Shown here: positions 37,821-37,859 of the stretch, piece by piece
How positions within the stretch are numbered: position 1 is the first letter of the stretch
Layout of the letters: the number at the start of each line of letters is the position of its first letter
Sequence record: SRR22947727_4515
DNA: 37,859 nt
Direction: 5' to 3' (one strand)
Translations under genes and position numbers: made by a program
Notes under the pieces: model-generated
What the model was told of the DNA's origin: nothing
Database searches by the model: none
Seen by the model: only the letters and a program-made list of their open reading frames with translations

Positions 37821-37859
37821 CGATCCAATAGGGTGCGTTCGATGAACCAACCCTGTTGG
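37821..37859. repeat. REP-like repeat, palindromic dimer cut by the window end
   Basis: cgatccaatagggtgcgttcg-a-tgaaccaaccctgttgg (39 of 43 bp). Confidence 0.88.

Overview
37.9-kb window of a Verrucomicrobiota-like bacterial chromosome (the Verru_Chthon cassette, DUF1552 and a TIGR02999-type ECF sigma point to the PVC superphylum). Family names come from motif recognition and recall, not database searches. Housekeeping and metabolic genes are mpg, metG, ilvD, araB, araD, an atypical clpX, a D,D-carboxypeptidase, a sulfatase, an RRM protein, galU, an M14 peptidase and an FHA protein. An 11.3-kb pilin-like Verru_Chthon cassette carries two divergent tandem protein A paralogs (A-A-B-C-D). Several decayed genes are present: an ECF sigma/Ser-Thr kinase pair and a DUF3142-like remnant missing from the ORF track. 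The most striking unexplained structure is a strictly intergenic repeat family. It is a 21-bp monomer (CGAW-NNN-ACCCTRTT-NN-WTCG) seen 19 times at 8 loci, assembled with fixed geometry: 43-bp dimers (inverted or direct, always a 1-nt joint) and 97-bp tetramers (11-nt spacer). Both ends of the window fall inside a copy. No rRNA, tRNA, CRISPR array, transposase or reverse transcriptase was recognised.
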